This document shows, in pieces, positions 29,165 through 39,247 of a stretch of DNA of 64,000 bases. The position numbers were made by a program, and so were the translations under genes. Under the pieces are notes generated by a model, which did not search any database, was not told where the DNA came from, and saw only the letters and a list, made by a program, of their open reading frames with translations. Source of the DNA: Fulvivirga lutea (GTDB taxonomy: Bacteria > Bacteroidota > Bacteroidia > Cytophagales > Cyclobacteriaceae); assembly GCF_017068455.1 (NCBI RefSeq), contig NZ_CP070608.1, positions 1,157,488-1,221,487 of the forward strand, written 5' to 3'. Position 1 is the stretch's first letter. Every line of letters begins with the position of its first letter.

Positions 29165-30235
29165 TTATAAGGTGTTAACATTATTTAAATCCTCAGACGC
29201 CTTTTTAAGTCTGGCTTTAAAACTCTCTTCGCCTTTTCTTAGCCAAACTCTTGGATCGTAGTATTTCTTGTTTGGTTTATCGTCTCCCTCAGGGTTACCA
29301 ATTTGCCCTTGAAGATAGCCTTCATTTGATTTGTAGTAGTTTTTCACTCCTTCCCAATAAGCCCATTGCAAATCAGTATCAATGTTCATTTTTATAACAC
29401 CGTAAGAGATACCTTCACGAATTTCTTCAACCGTTGATCCTGATCCACCGTGGAAAACGAAATCAACCGGGTTTGGCCCAGTCTTATATTTTTCAATGAT
29501 ATAATCTTGAGAATTCTTCAAAATTACAGGTGTTAACTTCACATTACCTGGCTTATAAACACCGTGTACGTTACCAAAAGCAGCTGCAATAGTAAACCTG
29601 TGGCTAATCTTGCTCAATTCTTCATAAGCATAGGCTACTTCTTCAGGTTGCGTATAAAGCTTAGAACTGTCTACATCAGTATTGTCAACTCCATCTTCTT
29701 CACCACCAGTTACACCTAATTCAATTTCTAACGTCATATCTATTTTGCTCATTCGCTCAAGATACTTTTTACATATTTCAATATTTTCTTCAATTGGCTC
29801 TTCAGAAAGGTCGATCATGTGTGAACTAAATAAAGGCTTGCCATGCTCTTTGTAAAATTTTTCACCAGCATCTAGCATACCATCTATCCATGGTAATAGC
29901 TTCTTAGCGGCATGGTCGGTATGTAATACAATTCTGGCACCATATAATTCGGCCATTTGGTGTACGTGCTTGGCACCTGAAACGGCACCAGCAATGGCAG
30001 CTTGCTGGTTATCATTGTTTAATCCTTTTCCAGCATAGAATACAGCCCCACCATTTGAGAATTGGATCATCATAGGCGCATTTAGCTCGGCCGCAGTTTC
30101 CATTACGGCATTCACCGAATTTGTGCCTACCACGTTTACAGCAGGAAGTGCAAATTTCTTTTCTTTAGCGTACTTAAATAGTTCTTGTACCTCATCGCCT
30201 GTTAGAACACCAGGCTTAAATTTTGAAGATGACAT
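29165..30235 (-). CDS. fbaA: fructose-bisphosphate aldolase, class II
   Basis: 356 aa; MSSSKFKPGVLTGDEV...ALPAVNVVGTNSVNAVMETAAEL...HTDHAAK is the class II FBA pattern. Confidence 0.9.
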   Translation of the reverse strand: MSSSKFKPGVLTGDEVQELFKYAKEKKFALPAVNVVGTNSVNAVMETAAELNAPMMIQFSNGGAVFYAGKGLNNDNQQAAIAGAVSGAKHVHQMAELYGARIVLHTDHAAKKLLPWIDGMLDAGEKFYKEHGKPLFSSHMIDLSEEPIEENIEICKKYLERMSKIDMTLEIELGVTGGEEDGVDNTDVDSSKLYTQPEEVAYAYEELSKISHRFTIAAAFGNVHGVYKPGNVKLTPVILKNSQDYIIEKYKTGPNPVDFVFHGGSGSTVEEIREGISYGVIKMNIDTDLQWAYWEGVKNYYKSNEGYLQGQIGNPEGDDKPNKKYYDPRVWLRKGEESFKARLKKASEDLNNVNTL

Positions 30236-30391
30236 ATGTATATGTGTATGGTTGAATAATCGTGTAAAACTCTTTTTATAAGAGCGCTACAAATAAACTA
30301 AATAATTGGCGGAGGTCACATTCTTAATAGTAATTTTTGAAAGCTGGATGATACTGATGATATTTGCTCAGTTTTCAATCGGATAGCAATT

Positions 30392-31231
30392 ATGAGCTGG
30401 TTTAAAAGGAAAGATAAAGGAATACAAACACCAACAGAGGCTAAGAAGGAGGCACCCGATGGGTTGTGGACCAAAACGCCTAGTGGTAAAATCGTACATA
30501 CACGAGAGTTAAAGAGTAATTCCTATGTGAGTCCTGAAGATGGCTATCATGTGAGAATAGGTTCTGCGGAGTATTTCGAAATATTGTTTGATAACAATAA
30601 ATTTACTGAGCTGGATGAAAATATGGAGTCAGCTGACCCATTAAAATTTGTTGATACCAAAGCTTACCCAGATAGAATAAAGAGTACTCAGAAGAAATCT
30701 GAATTAAAAGATGCCGTTAGAACAGCCTATGGCAAAATGAATGGGTTGGAAATAACGATAGCTTGTATGGATTTCGGATTTATCGGTGGTTCAATGGGCA
30801 GTGTGGTAGGCGAGAAGATAGCTAGAGCTATAGACCATTCACTACAAAATAAAAAGCCTTTCTTAATGATCTCTAAGTCTGGCGGAGCCAGAATGATGGA
30901 AGCTGGATTATCCTTAATGCAAATGGCTAAGACATCCGCCAAATTGGCTTTGCTTAGTGAGGCTAAGATTCCATATATCTCTTTACTGACTGATCCAACC
31001 ACAGGAGGTGTTACTGCTTCGTACGCTATGCTTGGCGACTTTAATATTGCTGAGCCCGGAGCATTAATTGGCTTCGCGGGCCCTAGAGTTATTAGAGAAA
31101 CGATTGGTAAAGACTTACCTAAAGGCTTTCAAAGTGCAGAATTTGTATTGGATCATGGGTTTCTCGATTTCATTGTGGATCGTAGAAATCTAAAATCGAA
31201 GTTGACAACACTCTTAAAGATGTTAAAATAG
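30392..31231 (+). CDS. accD: acetyl-CoA carboxylase carboxyltransferase beta subunit (no N-terminal Zn-finger Cys)
   Basis: 279 aa; [21 protein letters not shown]...[25 protein letters not shown] is canonical AccD. The N-terminal 60 aa contain no Cys. Confidence 0.85.
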   Translation: MSWFKRKDKGIQTPTEAKKEAPDGLWTKTPSGKIVHTRELKSNSYVSPEDGYHVRIGSAEYFEILFDNNKFTELDENMESADPLKFVDTKAYPDRIKSTQKKSELKDAVRTAYGKMNGLEITIACMDFGFIGGSMGSVVGEKIARAIDHSLQNKKPFLMISKSGGARMMEAGLSLMQMAKTSAKLALLSEAKIPYISLLTDPTTGGVTASYAMLGDFNIAEPGALIGFAGPRVIRETIGKDLPKGFQSAEFVLDHGFLDFIVDRRNLKSKLTTLLKMLK

Positions 31232-31237
31232 ATAAAT

Positions 31238-31270
31238 AAAAAAGGGGCTTTAAAAGCCCCCTTTTTATTT
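31238..31270 (+). terminator. bidirectional rho-independent terminator (AAAAAA-GGGGCTTT-TAAA-AGCCCC-CTTTTTATTT)
   Basis: Seen directly; it lies between the convergent accD and flotillin genes. Confidence 0.8.
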
Positions 31271-32737
31271 CCCTTTATTCTGATCTTTTGGACCTGAATC
31301 TGATGGTTTATTTGGTTTGGGAGAAGGTTTAGAAGGAGCAGGATTTTCTTTCACTTCCTTCTTTACACTTTCTGCCATCTGCTTAATTTCATCTGGACTC
31401 TTTCCTTTCAAGTATTCAGGAAGTTCCATTCCTGCCATGTTAAACATTTCTTGTAATGGTGGAACTGATTTGTACAGTCCGGAAATGAAATTGGCTGTTG
31501 AAGTTTTGCTTTCTGGGCCAGAGCCTCCGCCTTCCCAGACAGTAATTTTATCGATTTTAATATTTTTAATTGCCTCTGTCTGAAGTCGAACCAGTTCAGG
31601 CAATTTATCTGCTACAAGTAACAATACGGCATCTTTAGCATTATCACCTGCTGCGTCTACAATTTGTTTTAAACCTTGTGCCTGCTTCGTAAGTACTTCA
31701 TATAAACCTTGAGCTTCAGCTTGTTTCTTAAATAGAATCGCATCGGCCTCACCTTTTGCTAACCTTCTAATTTGTTCAGCTTGCGCTTCTGCAGCAATCT
31801 CTACCTTTTCTTTATCGATTTGAGCAGGCACAACAATATCTGCAGTTTGTGCTGCTTTATCACGTGTTGCTCTTGCATTTTCAGCTTCTTGCTCAGCGGC
31901 ATAAGCCTCTTCTAATGCTTTCGCTGTCTGAACCTTTTCTGCGGCAATCGCAATTCTCTGTGATTCTGCTTCCTTCTCTCGTCTGACAGCATCAGATTGT
32001 GCTACCTTAATCTTCGCTAAGTTCTCACCTTCAACTGCACTCGCATCTGCATCTGCCACTTTCACTCTTTGCTCTTGTACAGCATTGGCAGCACCAATGG
32101 CACCATCTCTATCTTTTTCAGCAACTGATCTTTTTGCGTCATTTATCGCTTTGGCAGCAGCTTCTTTACCTAATGCCTCAATGTAGCCAGATTCATCTTT
32201 AATGTCTGTTACGTTTACGTTGATTAACTTAAGACCAATTTTCTTCAACTCGGTTTCAACATTAGATGCCACATTTTCAAGGAATTTATCTCTGTTACTG
32301 TTAATTTCCTCAATGTCCATTGTAGCAACTACCAACCTCAACTGACCGAAGATGATGTCCTTGGCTAAATCCTGGATGGTCTCTTGCGTTAATCCTAAAA
32401 GCCTTTCTGCAGCATTGTTCATTACACCAGGTTCAGTAGAAATACCCACTGTAAAACGAGATGGAACGTCTACACGAATATTTTGTCTACTTAATGCATT
32501 AGTAAGCATCACCTCTATAGAGATTGGCGTTAGATCAAGAAATTCATAGTCTTGAAAAACGGGCCATATGAATGCCGCACCTCCATGTATACATTTGGCG
32601 GATCCACCACCAACTTTACCATATACAACTAGAATCCTATCGGAAGGACATCTTTTGTACCTTCTAAAAAAGGTAACAACAACAATGAATACGAAAAACG
32701 CTACAAGAGCAAAAATGGGGAGGGTTAATACGCTCAT
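31265..32737 (-). CDS. flotillin-like SPFH/band-7 domain protein (YqiK-like) with a Pro/Lys-rich C-terminal tail
   Basis: 490 aa; an N-terminal TM, an SPFH domain, a long Ala/Glu/Gln-rich coiled-coil region and a KPSPKPNKPSDSGPK tail. Confidence 0.8.
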   Translation of the reverse strand: MSVLTLPIFALVAFFVFIVVVTFFRRYKRCPSDRILVVYGKVGGGSAKCIHGGAAFIWPVFQDYEFLDLTPISIEVMLTNALSRQNIRVDVPSRFTVGISTEPGVMNNAAERLLGLTQETIQDLAKDIIFGQLRLVVATMDIEEINSNRDKFLENVASNVETELKKIGLKLINVNVTDIKDESGYIEALGKEAAAKAINDAKRSVAEKDRDGAIGAANAVQEQRVKVADADASAVEGENLAKIKVAQSDAVRREKEAESQRIAIAAEKVQTAKALEEAYAAEQEAENARATRDKAAQTADIVVPAQIDKEKVEIAAEAQAEQIRRLAKGEADAILFKKQAEAQGLYEVLTKQAQGLKQIVDAAGDNAKDAVLLLVADKLPELVRLQTEAIKNIKIDKITVWEGGGSGPESKTSTANFISGLYKSVPPLQEMFNMAGMELPEYLKGKSPDEIKQMAESVKKEVKENPAPSKPSPKPNKPSDSGPKDQNKGK

Positions 32738-33321
32738 TATGTTAATTTATTGGTGGTTATTATTAAAATATCGTTTGCTAAATCCTTAACTGTAATTACC
32801 ATTCCTGGTTTTAAATCTACTTCATCATCGGTTATAGCTTCCAATGTTCTTAAAGATCCTTGAACTTTCAGTTGAACTTTACCAATGTTTCCTCTATTGG
32901 CCTTTACTTCCATATATACCTCACCTATCACACCAATGGCATTCTTCATTTGTAATGTACCGCTTTCATTTGCCTTACCCAGATAATAGAATATGGCGCC
33001 CATTAAAAACATCATAGCAACGCCCGCTACTAATGATATAGCAATTGATAGTCCGTTTGAAAGTCCGGAATCAAGGCATGCAATACCTGTCCATGAAAAA
33101 ATAGTAAAAAAGGCTACCATATTTTTCAGTGTGAAGAATTGAAAGCTTATTCCATCATCACCTTCAATATCAGCATCTGCACCTGCATCTTCAGGTATAT
33201 CGCCACCAAAAAATGTTAAGGCAAGCTGTAAAAGAAAAAAGAGCGTGAAAGGAATGGCTATCGCCCAGTAAATCTTTTCAAGAGTGGCAAGTGCTTCCCA
33301 CCATACAGAGAAATTATCCAT
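32737..33321 (-). CDS. NfeD/YqiJ-like membrane protein (partner of flotillin)
   Basis: 194 aa; it overlaps the flotillin start by 1 bp. TM helices plus a C-terminal soluble beta-rich domain (GEVYMEVKANRGNIGKVQLKVQG) match an NfeD OB-fold. Confidence 0.6.
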   Translation of the reverse strand: MDNFSVWWEALATLEKIYWAIAIPFTLFFLLQLALTFFGGDIPEDAGADADIEGDDGISFQFFTLKNMVAFFTIFSWTGIACLDSGLSNGLSIAISLVAGVAMMFLMGAIFYYLGKANESGTLQMKNAIGVIGEVYMEVKANRGNIGKVQLKVQGSLRTLEAITDDEVDLKPGMVITVKDLANDILIITTNKLT

Positions 33322-33458
33322 GGAAATTAATTTAGAGTGAATATAATTTATTTGTTATTATTTAATACTGATTTTCGAAGAATAATACCGCTCATAATAA
33401 AAATGTAACATTTCATTTGTGGATGCGGTATAACTACCAATCTCAAACAACTCAACAC

Positions 33459-35912
33459 ATGCTGAAAAATTACTTTAAGATTGCTATTCGCAGTCTGCTC
33501 AAAAATCGAATCTACTCCATAATTAATGTATTAGGGCTTTCAATTGGTATTGCCAGCAGTCTACTTATTCTTCTCCATGTGGAAGATGAGCTTTCTTATG
33601 ATGAATTTCACTCCAAAGGAGACAGGATTTATAAGGTTGGTTTGGAGCGGTTGTACCCTGATCATGTAACAAATTATGCCATTGTACCACACTCATTTTC
33701 TGAGGTGATGGTGCGCGATTTTCCTGAGGTTGAAAATGCTGTTCGAATGTTCGGTAATCCTGCCAATAATCCGGTAGTAGTAAGCTATGTGGATGAGAAG
33801 AATGAAGAAAAGCGTTTTGAAGAAACAGCCTTTATGGCTGCTGACTCTACTTTTTTTGAGGTATTTGACATTAAACTAATTTCTGGGGATCCGAAAAATG
33901 CGCTAGCTAATGCCCAAGATATGGTTATTACTCAAGAAATGGCGACTAAATATTTTGGTAATGAAGACCCTATTAATAAAACACTGACTACAGATTTCGG
34001 TCAGTTTAATGTAAAGGGCGTTTGTGAAAATTTTACTGAGAATTCGCATTTTGAGTTTGGCTTTTTAGCAGCACTTAAAACCTTTCCATTCTTACAGAAT
34101 GATAATTTTGTAAGCTTTACTACTCACTTATACGTGTTGCTTAATGAGAATGCAGATCCTGCTGCCCTTGAGAGCAAATTTCCGGAAATGGTGGAAACTT
34201 ATGCCGCACCGCAAATTGAGGCCAACTTAAGCACAACATATGGAGAGTATGTGGCTGCAGGAAACGGCTATAATTACTCCCTCATTCCAATGGAAGATAT
34301 ACACCTAAACCCGGTGAAATACCAGGCTGAGTTTAAAGCAGGTGGTGATATTAATGATGTATATATTTTCATTTCTATAGCAGTACTCATTACGTTAATT
34401 GCCTGCATCAACTTCATGAACCTTGCAACCGCCAGGTCTACAGAAAGAGCCAAGGAAGTTGGTATCAGAAAAACGTTAGGATCGCCTAAAAAACAGTTGG
34501 TTGCTCAGTTTTTAACTGAATCGATCGTGCTAAGTATCATTTCATCTGCCATCGCCTTAGGAGTGGTTTATCTCACACTGCCTTATTTTAATAATGTAAT
34601 AGTTAAATCCCTTTCTATTGCATCCGAAGGCTCTTTATTAATACCAGTGACTGTAGCTTATGCTTTAATTGTAGGTCTGCTGGCAGGTAGTTATCCGGCA
34701 TTTGTACTTTCAGGATTTAATCCGGTATCAGTAATGAAGGGCAAAATGCAGACAAACAAGAGCATGTCGTGGTTGAGAAATGGATTGGTTGTTTTCCAGT
34801 TCGCGATAAGCATCATACTAATTTGTGGAACCCTCATAGTCCGAGATCAAATAAATTTTATGGCACAAAAAGATCTTGGGTATAATAAAGAGCACCTTAT
34901 TGTTGTAGATCGTATAGGGACCCTCAATGAGCAATTGGATGTATTTATAAAAGAGGTACAAGCACTTCCTGAAGTAGAAATGGCAGGTGGTTCTGGCGTA
35001 ATTCCGGTAAATCAATACTTTGGAATCCAATTTATGCCACAAGGAGCTTCCGAGCCGATTACTACCAACTCCATGACTGCTGATGATGACTATATAAAAA
35101 CCATGGGTTTTGAAATTGTGGAAGGGCGAGGTTTTTCCAAAGATTTTAATGATTCACTATCTCTGATCATCAATCAACGCACTGTTGATTTGTTAGGTGT
35201 GGAAAACCCGATTGGCTTGAAGCTGCGAAATACTGTGGCTGCAGCAGCAGGTGGCAATCCGGTAGAAATTGAGTATGAAGTGGTAGGTGTAGTGAAGGAC
35301 TTTCATTACATGTCGCTAAGAGATGAAATAAGCCCATTTGTGATTTTAAGTACAGAATCGCAGGCTTTTGGAGGAGCTGGGTTTTTAACTGCCAGAATTA
35401 AAGGTGAGAATATGCAAGATGCATTGGCATCCATTGAAAATAAATGGAAAATGTTTTCTCCGGAAGACCCTTTCAAATACAAATTTTTGGATGATGAATT
35501 AGATAAACAGTACAAGTCTGAAGCAAACTCAGGGAAAATATTTGGTCTTTTTGCTGCTTTAGGAATTATCATTGCCTGTGTAGGCCTGTTTGGGCTTGCA
35601 GCTTACATGGCCGGACTAAGAACAAAGGAAATAGGAGTGAGAAAGACTTTAGGAGCATCGGTATCGGGTGTGGTGTTATTGCTGTCGAAAGATTTCACTA
35701 AACTTATATTAATAGCGCTATTAATTGCTGTACCTGTGAGTTATTATTTTATGAATGAGTGGCTGAGCAATTTTGCCTACAAAACAGGAATAAGTGCACT
35801 CACTTTTATAATTTCAGGTGGCCTTGCACTAATTATTGCATGGCTTACTGTGGGTTATCAAACATTAAAAGCGGCTTTGGTAAATCCTGTAAAATCACTT
35901 AGAAGCGAATAA
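33459..35912 (+). CDS. FtsX-family ABC transporter permease with duplicated MacB-like periplasmic + FtsX domains; no adjacent ATPase
   Basis: About 817 aa from the MLKNYFKIAIRSLLKNRIYSIINVLGLSIG start; the ORF track begins 14 codons upstream. Two 4-TM FtsX modules. Confidence 0.8.
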   Translation: MLKNYFKIAIRSLLKNRIYSIINVLGLSIGIASSLLILLHVEDELSYDEFHSKGDRIYKVGLERLYPDHVTNYAIVPHSFSEVMVRDFPEVENAVRMFGNPANNPVVVSYVDEKNEEKRFEETAFMAADSTFFEVFDIKLISGDPKNALANAQDMVITQEMATKYFGNEDPINKTLTTDFGQFNVKGVCENFTENSHFEFGFLAALKTFPFLQNDNFVSFTTHLYVLLNENADPAALESKFPEMVETYAAPQIEANLSTTYGEYVAAGNGYNYSLIPMEDIHLNPVKYQAEFKAGGDINDVYIFISIAVLITLIACINFMNLATARSTERAKEVGIRKTLGSPKKQLVAQFLTESIVLSIISSAIALGVVYLTLPYFNNVIVKSLSIASEGSLLIPVTVAYALIVGLLAGSYPAFVLSGFNPVSVMKGKMQTNKSMSWLRNGLVVFQFAISIILICGTLIVRDQINFMAQKDLGYNKEHLIVVDRIGTLNEQLDVFIKEVQALPEVEMAGGSGVIPVNQYFGIQFMPQGASEPITTNSMTADDDYIKTMGFEIVEGRGFSKDFNDSLSLIINQRTVDLLGVENPIGLKLRNTVAAAAGGNPVEIEYEVVGVVKDFHYMSLRDEISPFVILSTESQAFGGAGFLTARIKGENMQDALASIENKWKMFSPEDPFKYKFLDDELDKQYKSEANSGKIFGLFAALGIIIACVGLFGLAAYMAGLRTKEIGVRKTLGASVSGVVLLLSKDFTKLILIALLIAVPVSYYFMNEWLSNFAYKTGISALTFIISGGLALIIAWLTVGYQTLKAALVNPVKSLRSE

Positions 35913-35933
35913 AAAGATAATTTCTATCCATCA

Positions 35934-36689
35934 TCAATTGTTGATGATGGATAGAAATTCGTTATCGGCAATGATCCTTTCTACCCATAACCTGTACTGT
36001 TCACCAGAAGGATGAAGTCCATCGTCTGCTACTAATTCGGGCTTTTCCAGTCCATCTCTAGAAATATCAGTAATGAAATAGTATTTAATGCCATTTTCTT
36101 CAGCAATGCGCTTGTTAATTTCATTATAAGCATCAATCTCATGAGATATCTTGGCTTGGTTTGACTGGCCGAATGGTGTAAAGCCATAGTCAGGAATGGA
36201 AACTACAATCACATTATTTTTATTACCACCAGCATAGCCAATGGCGCGATTTAATAATTTTTCAAATTCATCTGGATATTCTTCGATAGGATAACCACGA
36301 TATTGGTTATTAACTCCTATTAAAAGTGAAACAAGATCAAAGCTTGCATCCAGCTCTTCTTTAACTAAGGCATTACCTAAATCTTGCGTTGTCCAACCTG
36401 TTCGGGCGATAATTTTCGTTTCTACAACTAAATTCGAATTGACTTTTGTTATTTCATTAGCCAATTGAACGGGCCATCTTTTATCCTCTGCAACACTTTC
36501 GCCTATGGTGTAGGAGTCGCCCAAAGCAAGAAATGCAAATGGTATTTCTTCGTTCTCAACTAAAGAATCAGAATCTGTGGTTTCAGTCTCCAATTCTTGT
36601 TCGATTACAGGCCTAGTTTCATCTTCTGAACCTTCAGAACAAGCTAAACCAAAAAGAATGAGACTTGAAAGTATGGTTGTTTTAATCAT
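35934..36689 (-). CDS. SGNH/GDSL-family hydrolase lipoprotein
   Basis: 251 aa; lipoprotein signal (LFGLAC|SEG), the GDSL block FLALGDSYTIGE, and a C-terminal DDGLHP (the catalytic DxxH). Confidence 0.7.
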   Translation of the reverse strand: MIKTTILSSLILFGLACSEGSEDETRPVIEQELETETTDSDSLVENEEIPFAFLALGDSYTIGESVAEDKRWPVQLANEITKVNSNLVVETKIIARTGWTTQDLGNALVKEELDASFDLVSLLIGVNNQYRGYPIEEYPDEFEKLLNRAIGYAGGNKNNVIVVSIPDYGFTPFGQSNQAKISHEIDAYNEINKRIAEENGIKYYFITDISRDGLEKPELVADDGLHPSGEQYRLWVERIIADNEFLSIINN

Positions 36690-36745
36690 AGTACCTAAAC
36701 AATGGAATCATTGATTAGTTAGTTCGATGATGTTTGATGTGCTAA

Positions 36746-37240
36746 TTAGGGCAGATTATTCAAATTAAGTTGTTTATAAATTTCTTCTGCCTGGTTTTCG
36801 GTAGCCTCTGTGACCATAACGGTTATAATATATCTTTCTTTGAATCCAACCACTAACTCACTGGTGTTATCTTCCTTCTGGAATGCCAGCCAACCCTGCG
36901 CATTGTCGTAAGAAACACCATACGCTTTTTGCTCATCATCTTCATACTTCATTCCAGCACTCCATGCCATAGCAGCACTCGTGTAAAGTGCTGAGGCACC
37001 CTGATAATCCATAATGGCAATTTCCAGCTGAGAATCCCCTTTTTCATATCTTGCTGATGCTGTGGAATAGGACATTCCACTCATTTCAAAACTACTTCCT
37101 TCAATTTCGTCAACAAGTTGGTAGCCTTTAATGGTAGAGGGTATTGATTTTTGAAGCTCTTTGTAATCAGCGGCTTTTTCTTGTGCTATTACCATCATTC
37201 CAAACGACAGCAAAAGCATGGTAGTAAATAATGATTTCAT
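36746..37240 (-). CDS. secreted hypothetical protein
   Basis: 164 aa ORF with an N-terminal signal peptide (MKSLFTTMLLLSFGMMVIAQE); no recognised motif. Confidence 0.45.
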   Translation of the reverse strand: MKSLFTTMLLLSFGMMVIAQEKAADYKELQKSIPSTIKGYQLVDEIEGSSFEMSGMSYSTASARYEKGDSQLEIAIMDYQGASALYTSAAMAWSAGMKYEDDEQKAYGVSYDNAQGWLAFQKEDNTSELVVGFKERYIITVMVTEATENQAEEIYKQLNLNNLP

Positions 37241-37273
37241 TTTTTAAACTATTTGTGCAATAGTAATTAAAAT

Positions 37274-38305
37274 CTAGTGTTTATACCCTTTAATCGTGTC
37301 AATGAAAAATTTCACTTTGTGTGGATCAGTATCTGGGTAAACGCCATGGCCAAGATTAGCAATATGCCTGGTAGGACCAAATTGAACCAGCATTTTTTCC
37401 GCCTCTTCTTTAATTCGTTCTTCTGAACTGTAAAGTACGCATGGATCAAAATTCCCTTGAAGTGTCTTGTTTTCACCAATCAATTTTCTTGATTCACGTA
37501 TATCCATACACCAATCTAATCCTACAGTATTGCAATTAATTTTACCAAACCATTCACGGGCGAAGTAAGCATCTTTGGCAAATACTGTCTTTGGAACTTT
37601 ATCAACGGCATCACAAATCTGCTGTATATATCTGAGTGAAAACTCTTTGTATAATTCCGGACTCAATATTCCTGCCCAACTATCAAATATCTGAATCAAA
37701 TTGGCACCTGCTTCCACTTGCCCTTGTAAATAGTTGATGGTACTATTTGTGATCATTTGCAACAACTCATGCGAAAGTTGTGGCTCGGAGTAAAGCATTC
37801 TTCTCGCCTTTGAAAATGTTTTACTTCCACCACCTTCAATCATATAGGCAAAAATGGTCCAGGGAGCACCAGCAAATCCGATGACGGGTACTCGACCATC
37901 CAACTCCTTTTTGGTTACGCTGATGGCATCTATGGTATATTGAACGTCACTGGCTTCAGCTACTTTCAGTCTCTTTACATCGCTGAGAGACTTAACTGTT
38001 TCAGGGAAATGGGGGCCTCGTTTTTCGACCATTTCATACTTGAGACCCATAGCTTCAGGTATAACTAAAATATCACTGAAAATAATGGCTGCATCGACAC
38101 CTAGAATATCTACAGGCTGAATGGTTACTTCAGCTGCCAACTCAGGGGTTTCTACCAGTTCTTTAAATCCACTAAGCGAATTTCTGACGGCACGATATTC
38201 TGGTAAAATTCTACCTGCCTGCCTCATTAGCCAAACAGGAGTTCTTTCTGTTTTTTCACCATTAATTGTGCGGAGAATTAAGTCGTTTTTTAAGGCCATG
38301 CACAA
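37274..38305 (-). CDS. hemE: uroporphyrinogen decarboxylase
   Basis: 343 aa; [17 protein letters not shown] is the HemE signature. The start may be the third codon (MALKNDL). Confidence 0.9.
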   Translation of the reverse strand: MCMALKNDLILRTINGEKTERTPVWLMRQAGRILPEYRAVRNSLSGFKELVETPELAAEVTIQPVDILGVDAAIIFSDILVIPEAMGLKYEMVEKRGPHFPETVKSLSDVKRLKVAEASDVQYTIDAISVTKKELDGRVPVIGFAGAPWTIFAYMIEGGGSKTFSKARRMLYSEPQLSHELLQMITNSTINYLQGQVEAGANLIQIFDSWAGILSPELYKEFSLRYIQQICDAVDKVPKTVFAKDAYFAREWFGKINCNTVGLDWCMDIRESRKLIGENKTLQGNFDPCVLYSSEERIKEEAEKMLVQFGPTRHIANLGHGVYPDTDPHKVKFFIDTIKGYKH

Positions 38306-38350
38306 AGATAGTAGCCATTTTTATAACGACCTTTTTTTAACCAAATTTGT

Positions 38351-39241
38351 TTGATGCAGCTTGCTATAAAGTATTTGATCGTCACTTTTTTCACCATCCT
38401 TTTTCTACAATGTGATTCATTTCTACAAAGAGAAATTCATCCTAAATACAAAGACTACGATACGTTAAAAGTACCCTACACTTTATATGCTCCAAAATCA
38501 AAAGTGAAACTCCATTGGGACTTGGAAGAAGTTTCTGGTCTTTCTTATTACATGGGAGGTCAATTACTGGCCGTAGAGGATGAAACTGGAAATGTATATG
38601 TGTTGGATGCTGAAACGGGAGATGTAAATCAAAAAGTTAAGTTTAATAAGGGTGGTGATTATGAAGGGGTGGAATATGATGGTGTTAATGTTTGGGTGAT
38701 GGAAAGTGATGGAACGTTCTATTCTTTTCAGATTGAAAACAGTGAGGCTGACAATGTTCGAGAGTATAAGAGTGCATTTAGCTCTAAAAACGATCTTGAA
38801 GGGCTGGGGTATATTCGTGGAAATCTTCTAGTTGCAGCCAAAGGTGAAGGAACCATTGCAGGAGTAGAAAATAGTGGTAAGGGTGTTTATACTATAAAGA
38901 ATAATGACCCAGTACCATTTTTATTTATTGAAAGAGATACGTTGGAGAATTACATTAAGGGCCGAGATCATTTTTATGAGATTAGGGATTTTGATCCTTC
39001 CGGGATAGCAATTCATCCACTTAATAATGATATTTATATATTGTCGGCTGATCATATATTAGTGGTTTACACCTCGGATTTAAAACTAAAAGAAGTGGTA
39101 AAATTAGACGGGGTTTTAATGGAGCAGCCTGAAGGAATATGTTTTTCACCCGAAGGTGTATTATATATTTCCAGCGAAGGGAACGATAGCAGGGGAGAGT
39201 TGTTTATTTTTCATTACTTAAGTACATCTTCAAAGGAATAA
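38351..39241 (+). CDS. YjiK/SdiA-regulated-like (phytase-like) beta-propeller lipoprotein
   Basis: 296 aa; signal with Cys (FLQC|DSF); repeated DxEG blocks (DLEEVSGL, DYEGVEYD, DLEGLGY, PEGICFSPEG) are reminiscent of the SdiA-regulated/phytase-like propeller. It lies 7 bp upstream of the large OM gene. Confidence 0.45.
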   Translation: MMQLAIKYLIVTFFTILFLQCDSFLQREIHPKYKDYDTLKVPYTLYAPKSKVKLHWDLEEVSGLSYYMGGQLLAVEDETGNVYVLDAETGDVNQKVKFNKGGDYEGVEYDGVNVWVMESDGTFYSFQIENSEADNVREYKSAFSSKNDLEGLGYIRGNLLVAAKGEGTIAGVENSGKGVYTIKNNDPVPFLFIERDTLENYIKGRDHFYEIRDFDPSGIAIHPLNNDIYILSADHILVVYTSDLKLKEVVKLDGVLMEQPEGICFSPEGVLYISSEGNDSRGELFIFHYLSTSSKE

Positions 39242-39247
39242 ATATTC